DNA from: Chrysomallon squamiferum
Lineage: Eukaryota > Animalia > Mollusca
Assembly (NCBI GenBank): GCA_012295275.1
Contig: CM022674.1
Coordinates: forward strand, 10,168,001-10,232,000
Direction of reading: 5' to 3'
Length of the DNA: 64,000 nucleotides
The notes under the pieces were generated by a model that was given only the letters and a program-made list of their open reading frames with translations, was not told the origin of the DNA and ran no database searches. Each line of letters opens with the position of its first letter. Position 1 is the stretch's first letter. Position numbers and translations under genes: made by a program. Shown here in pieces: positions 57,315 through 64,000 of this stretch.

Positions 57315-60300
57315 AAAACTTTCAACTCCAAGAGTCTAAAGTTTGTGTTTTGTGTTCAGAATATATGTTGTTAGTGCAGCGAGGACTAACTCTCTGTCTT
57401 TCGTGTTTGGTGCCAAGATGTTTTGGAGCGTGAACTCGATTTTTAGTTCTTCCAGTGTATTGTGTAGTGCTTGTCTTTCCTTGGTGAAATTTTGACAGTG
57501 AAACAAGTAGTGTTTCATTGTTTTGGAGAGTCCACAGCTGCAGTTGGATTGCATTTAAGTTGGTCGAGTAACCAATTCTGGCTTTGGTGAGATTGTTGTT
57601 GTGTAGTTTGTTGGCAAGTGTGATTTTGGGTGTTTTGGTGAGTGGTTTGATGTTCAAGTGCCATTTGTTTTTGGTGTTGTTCCATTCATTTTCCCATTGT
57701 TTGCCTGCGATGGAGAGAATTTCATTTATTCCATAGTGTATGTCTGTGCAGATGTCTTCGTCTTTAATGCTGAATGACTCTTTGGCACATGGTTGGCAAG
57801 TTTGTTGCCAATTATGCCAATGTGTGCTGGGAGCCACTTGATGATTAGTTGTTTCTTGTTGTTTTGTATGTCCTCGTGTAGTTGTTGTATTTTGCTGAGT
57901 AGGTCTGGTCTGCTGGAATGTCCGGATTGTGTTGAAATGATGGAACTTAGGCGGTCCGAGAATATGACTGTGTTTGTTGTTGTTGTGTTTCACCCACAGC
58001 ATGGCTCTGATGATGGTGACCAATTCGGCCGTGTATACCGAAAGGTGATTTCTGATATGGCCGAATTGTATGCATGTGGGTTTGTTTGTGTGATCTTGGG
58101 CTATGAAGGTGAATCCTTCTCTCCCATTTTCTGCGTTTTTGGATCCATCGGTGTAGATGTGTGTGTGTTGTTTGTAGTGGTCTTTTGCTAGAAATATGGC
58201 TTTTTTGAAGAGTGGGAACTCAGTTTTGATCAGGAAAGGTGTGTTTATTGCTGGTTTTGTTTCTTTGTGGTGTGCCAGCAGTGGTATTTCCCCTATTCCT
58301 GTTTTCCTTTTGATTCGCTGGCTGTTGTCAGGAAATTCGATAGTAGTAGAATATGCGATTTAAAGGGTTGCCCTATTCTTTGTTGGTCGGGGACCAGATC
58401 CTTGACGGGGTGGTCTGTGTTGAGGGTATGTATATTCAGGTTGTATTTCAGTAGCTGGAGCTTTCTTCTGTATTTTAGTGGTTGGATGCTGTATTCTGAC
58501 AGGAGGCTGTTGGATGGTGTTGTGTTTGGCAGGTGGCTGATCACTCTGAGGGTGCTGGATTGAATTATGTCTAGTTTTTTTAAAGAGTGTTCAGGAGCAT
58601 TCGAGTAAGCCGTGGCTCTGTAGTCGAGCTTGGAGAGAATACATGCTTTGTGTATCAAAATTAGTGTTGACTTGTTTGCTCCCCAACTGGTTCCGGAAAT
58701 TAGCTTTAGAAGATTGAGTGTTTTTTTGCAGGATGCAATTATGTTGTGTATATGGCATCGGAAATTGAGTTGACTGACTAGAAATTTGAATGTTTTGGTT
58801 TGTGTTATGACGTTGTTGTCGATGTTTAGTGTGATTTTGTTGAAAAGGAGGCATGTCGTTTTCGAAAGAGAAACCTTTATGCCCATTTCACCGCCCAGTC
58901 GTTTATGTTGTTTAGGTCTTTTTGTATTTGTTTCTGTATTACTGCGGTCGATCTGCCTGTGTGCCAAAAAGCACAGTCATCTGCAAATAGTGCTGTTTTT
59001 ATTGGTTCGGTTGGTGGATTTTTGGCATTGTCTTGTTTGTCGAGTGCTGTGACGATGTCGTTGATGTAGATGTTGAAGAGTGTTGGTGAGATCACGGATC
59101 CTTGTGGGATGTTTTTTCGATTGTCATTTTCTCTGAGGTATGACCGTTTACTGCTGTGGATCTGTTATTAATGAAGTCTTTAATGAAGTTGAACATGTTG
59201 CCTTTGATGTTGTTGTTGATTAATTTGACGAGCAGTCCTTCCCTCCGTATCACGTCAAATGCTTTTTCAATGTCTAGGAATACTGTGATGACTTTTTTGA
59301 TTTCCTAAAAGATTGATTGATTGATGTTTGCAGGCGTGTGATCTGGTCATTTGTGCTGTGTTTCTTCCTGAAGCCGGTTTGATATTTGCTGATTAAATTG
59401 TTGTCGTTTAGATGCTGGTTCAGGCATGTGTTGATCATTGTTTCCAGTGTTTTGCACATGTGTGACGTCAGAGTGATTGGTCTGTAGCTGATGGGTAGTG
59501 AGTGATCTTTGTGTGGTTTGGGCAAGCTGAAACATTCGGCGTGTTTCCAGTTTGTTGGAATCTTACCTATGGTCCATATTGTGTTGTAGAGGTCGAGTAC
59601 ATTGAGTAGCGTTTCATCTGGTAGGTGTTGTAGTATTGTGTAACTTATTTTATCTGGCCCCGTGGCTGTACTTTTCTTGTTTTTGAGTGCATGTTTTAGT
59701 TCGCTGATGTTGAATAGTTGATTGTATTTCATGTGTTCTTTGTCTGCGAAATGTTTGCCGATTGTTAGGTTGTCCAGTGGTTTTCTTTGTGAATTTCAGT
59801 GGGAATTTCGAATTGCTGCTGGACTTGGCGAAGGTTTGGCTGAGTAGGTCTGGTTTTTGCTTGTTGTTTTGTGGTCGATGTTGTTGCAAAAAAGTTCCCA
59901 GTGTTCTTGTTTCGCAGTGAGTATTAGGTTAGAAACTTCTTTTTTGTTATTTTGTATTTTTCATGTGTGGAATGATTTCTGTCTTTTTAGTATTGTCTTC
60001 TGAATTTGTTTCTCTCTTTGCATTCCGTCCACCAGGGAGTGGATATTTTGCTGGTGCATTGTCTGGTTTTTTGGTATGTATTTGTTTGCAATGGAGTGTA
60101 TCGTATTGATGAGCGATGTGCAGTAGGTGTCGATGTCGTTGGGGTTTTGTATGGTGATGTTTCTGCATGCTTTGTAGAAGCCTTCCCAGTCTGCTTTGTT
60201 GAAGTTCCATTTGGGTGTGAAAATGGATCTGTCCGAGAAGGTGTTCTTGCTGTTGTAGTTGGTGAGTATTGGGTGATGGTCGCTGTTTAGTTCCTTGAGC

Positions 60301-63300
60301 ACTTGCCATTCGGAGAGCGCTGCGATGTCCTTGCTTGTGAATGTTAGATCAATGGCAGATTGGCCACCAGTGATGTCGCTAGTGTACGTCAATGTTCTGT
60401 CATTCAGACAGACCTGCAGGTTTTGCTCTTTGAAATTTTCGAGGACGATTCCAGGGCTGTCGTCTGTCACCACCCCATAAGGTATTGTGACAGTTGAAAT
60501 CGCCCGCTATAATGAGCTTGTTGTTTGTTGTTATCATTTTGTTTAAGTCATGGGTTTGGATGGTGTATAGTGTGGGAGTGGGTTGGCTGTATATGTTATA
60601 TGTTGTGATGTGCCCCCATTTCTGACTGGCCGCACTTGGGCAACTGCGGCCTCATTTCTATCAGTGTGTATCTGTACCCATCAATGGTGATGGTTGTATT
60701 TGTTAATTTGCTGCTAAACGTCAGTGTGGTCCAGTAGCTTGGAATTTTCCACATTTCCACACTGACTAATTTAGCATTTGTTTGTTCTATAATTTCTTTG
60801 TTGAACGTCTCAACGTCTGCATATGGGTAGTAAAAACCGAAATCTATCGAGATGTATTTGTGAATTATTGTTTCTTTTGTTTTTGTTGTTCGTTTGCGTT
60901 GTTGTTGTTGTGTAATGAGTGTTTGTTTTGGCTGCTGTTGTGTGAGCAGTGTTTTTCTGGGTTGTGGTGTGGGTATTTTCTTTGTTTGTTTGGCATTAGG
61001 GATTATTTTTGGTAATACCCTGACAATAAATATTTCATCCCAGATAGTTATGCTGGGACCTATAGCTTTTAGTGATTTTGTATCTATTTCGAAATATATT
61101 TCTTTTCCATTTTGATTGTTGTTAACTTTAGTTGCTTTGTCTATGATGTGTATTTGCACTTCTAACAAATAACGCAACTTTTTTTCGATGTCTATGTGGA
61201 TTTTTTTAGTTTTTTTCCTTTTTATTGTTTACCAAATGTTTTGATCGCTTTTGTTTTCGGTGTCTCTGTCGCGTAGCCTTGCCAATATGTGTAAGTTTCT
61301 GTTAATGATTTATTGTTCCTCTGTTTCCTCCAAGTCCGAATGTGTGTGGTGGGATGTGTTGTTGTTTCTCTTTTTTTGTTTTCTGTTACCTTTCTTTTCT
61401 GCGGAGCTAGGGCTCCTGTCCCTAGGTTGTTTAGGAACTTTAGTTTCCATGTCTGAATCAACTGTCACAGTGCTGTATGTTTTCGTGTGTTTGTTTGCCA
61501 TTGTTGTTTGTAGGTGTAATTGTTTTGTTTGTTTTTTGTTTTTTTAAATATTTATATTCCAAATATATAGACATGTCTATATTAATTTTAAAAAGTCTAA
61601 AGCTGTTGTAACTCACTTTGAGACCGAGATGAAGCTAAAATGTATATTTGTTATTTAAGACACCAGAAAAATAAAAGAAAAAAGAAGAACAAATAGTAAA
61701 AAAGAAAAAAGAAAAGTAATAAGAGTAACAATAATACAAATACCAACAAATAATATAAATAAGAATCTAAAACTGAATAAATAAAGAAAATGATACAGTA
61801 TCTTTAGTTTCTGAATTCAGCTCAGCAAGCACAATCCGTACCTGAGTGTTCTTCATAGCTTCTCTTTCGGGCTTACGCCATGTCGGGGTCAACCATCATG
61901 GCAGCGAGTCTGTTGTGAGAATCAACAGCTCAAACCAAAATTATATTTAAATATGAATGGTCAGGCACCTTTTGGTTCTAATTTGGTTACCAGCAGCATG
62001 AGTGGGCTTGAGTATTTCCTTTTACCTTGGATAAAATTATAAATTAAAGAAATTAAGCTAATAATAATGTGGTTTTATTTCCAGAATTATAAGCCTGTTG
62101 AAGAAACTGAACTGACTATGGTGGAAACTCTGGAAGACTTGACCAAGATGTTTGAAACACTAAAGCAACAAAAAGAGATAGCTGTGGATTTAGAGGTTCA
62201 GAATATCTTCTTTTATTTTAGTTTAGAATATTACTTCCCAGTCCTTACTAGAAAAAAAAGTTAAAAAATTGTATCATTACATTTTACTGAACATAACTGT
62301 AGTAAAAAATGGAGGTGATTATTATGTTCACTGATGCAAATATATCCTAGTTTTAATAATAATAATAACACATACAAATTTTAATTTTATATATACTTTT
62401 TTTTATTATTTATGTTCTTTAAGAATATGTTCATTCTTTTTACATATGTATGAATATTTGTATAAATAAATCTCATATTTATCAACAACACACTAAAAGT
62501 TGTATATCTTTTTGTATTATCAGGAGCATCATTTGAATTCTATGTATTGTTTATTATTATTTTTCATTTTTGATTTTTATAACAATACACACAGAATTGT
62601 ATATCTTTTTTCTGTTACATAAAATTCAAATTATGTAGTATATCTTTTTTATTTAAAACACAGGCTCACTCTTACCGGACATTTCAAGGAATAACGTGTT
62701 TAATGCAGATATCAACAAGAGAGCAGGACTTCATCATTGACACATTGGCTTTGCGCAGTGACATCTGCATGTTAAATGACATATTCACTGATCCCAGTAT
62801 TGTTAAGGTAATATGTAATCTTTTTCTCTGTAAAACATTTAAACAACATATACATTTTTAATTAAATTTTATATCTGAATATTTATTTGATGTAAAAGTA
62901 ACTAAAAGATACAAACACTTTTGTATAAATAAAGCTAACTTCTGTTTTTGTAATATTTAATACTTCATTTTAAAATCTCATGAAATAAAAATAAAAATAA
63001 CAGTTTCTGCAGAATTTAAAAACCAAGTTTAAAAGAATAAATTCATTTCTTTTTAAAATCCTTGTATTATAGAGAAGAGGACAAAATTGGATTAATGTGT
63101 TTAGTCAGAGGTGACCATTCATGGCATAATGAGACAACAAGATTTTTATTGTTAGGTTTTTCATGGAGCTGATTCTGATGTAGTGTGGTTACAGCGAGAT
63201 TTTGGTGTTTACATTGTGAACCTGTTTGATACTGGCCAGGCAGCGAGACTTTTGCAACATAGTCGCTTTTCTCTCTCTCACCTTTTACAAGTGTACTGCA

Positions 63301-64000
63301 ATCTCACTGTAGATAAACAGTATCAGCTTGCTGATTGGAGGATACGGTAGGTCACATGTAATCTTCTAACCAATGAGATTTAACATATCAACTCTTAAAG
63401 GTATTGAAACATTATAAAATAAAAACTATTATCTGGTTAAGCCTTTGTAAATATATATTAAAGGTATAATTATCTTTATTATAGTATTTAAAAGTGTACA
63501 ATTCATTGTGGATTAGATACTGTCATTTAATTTTATTTTATGTCAATGTGTTTTTATTCAAATGAATGTAATTTAGAAAAATGATTTTAGAATTACATTT
63601 TTGTATATACTTTTTATTATTTTTTAACATTTAGTATATGTTTGTGTCTCTGTGTGTGAATAATTTGTATTAATACCACAGATCTAGCTGATTAATGGCC
63701 CTGGTAAATGCTTCCATGTTTAATCTGATATATGTACAGGATGCTTTGATATTAATTTAATTTAAATAGTTGAGACAGCAGAGTAAATGATATTAACCTA
63801 ATAATGTATGAAGTTTGATATTCGTGCATTGTCCATTACTAAAATTTAAAAAAAATAAAAACAATAACGTTATGTTTTCTTTCCTACTTTAGACCACTTC
63901 CAGACGTTCTGATAAACTATGCTAGAGAAGACACACACTACTTGCTGTACATTTACGACCGAATGAGGAAAGAATTAATAGACAATGGAAATGAACAGAA
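53411..64000 (+). CDS. EXOSC10: Exosome component 10 / Rrp6 (5' part; continues beyond the window)
   Basis: Exons 53411-53542, 54194-54327, 54496-54619, 55068-55172, 55437-55587, 55916-55973, 56325-56400, 62085-62195, 62664-62807, 63156-63346, 63893-end. PMC2NT-like N-terminus (DDFDFYSTF; ANDQLLERV), RPQFKF, HPYQYEL and DEDDy motifs AVDLEAHSYRTFQG, FHGADSD, ADWRIRPLP, YAREDTHYL. Confidence 0.97.
56502..61923 (-). mobile_element. Decayed I-group (I/Nimb-like) non-LTR retrotransposon, antisense in EXOSC10 intron 7
   Basis: Frameshifted ORF1 (~61500-60600) with a remnant CCHC knuckle. APE motifs AGDFNCH, SAIDLTF, SDHHPI; RT motifs YRPITLTS, PQGSVISPTLFN, FADD; RNase H motif IYTDGS (~58150); C-terminal CSC..HYLFHC. 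Candidate 8-bp TSD AACAGCTC at 56494-56501 and 61924-61931. The boundaries are less certain than the identity. Confidence 0.9.
56861..57085 (-). repeat. Tandemly duplicated ~110-bp LINE 3' segment, each copy with AATAAA followed by an A-rich tract
   Basis: Two copies of gtctttttatt.atttaaaagatgctataaacacctgca.ctaaaaa..agaacat..a....gttaacttattta, each preceded on the + strand by a T-rich run. Confidence 0.8.

Noticed and set aside
57793-61547. Plus-strand ORFs overlapping the LINE
   Set aside because: Antisense shadows of the A/C-rich LINE coding strand with low-complexity V/L/F/C composition.

Overview
AT-rich, microsatellite-rich, intron-containing animal genomic DNA; a spiralian/molluscan origin is plausible but is inference only. 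I assembled spliced gene models by hand from GT-AG junctions and reading-frame phase. In order: the 5' exon of an unidentified minus-strand gene running off the left edge; an intronless-CDS Mpr1/Ppr1-type GNAT acetyltransferase (+); a 9-exon gene for a predicted type II membrane glycoprotein carrying two tandem copies of the domain known as the C-terminal domain of Pseudoalteromonas haloplanktis-type alpha-amylases, with no amylase catalytic domain (+); GABARAP/Atg8 (+); mitochondrial Met-tRNA formyltransferase with a ~200-aa N-terminal extension (-); Cdc42 (-); SHP2/PTPN11 (-) with a candidate second first exon; and the 5' part of EXOSC10/Rrp6 (+). One EXOSC10 intron holds a decayed antisense I-group LINE (APE-RT-RNase H). 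Several MITEs and tandem repeats are also present. The most unusual items are the catalytic-domain-free tandem amylase-C-terminal-domain membrane protein and the adjacent microbial-type acetyltransferase, both lying in a CpG-retaining block, plus the alternative SHP2 N-terminus. No rRNA, tRNA or CRISPR array was recognised. No database search was run; family calls rest on recalled motifs.
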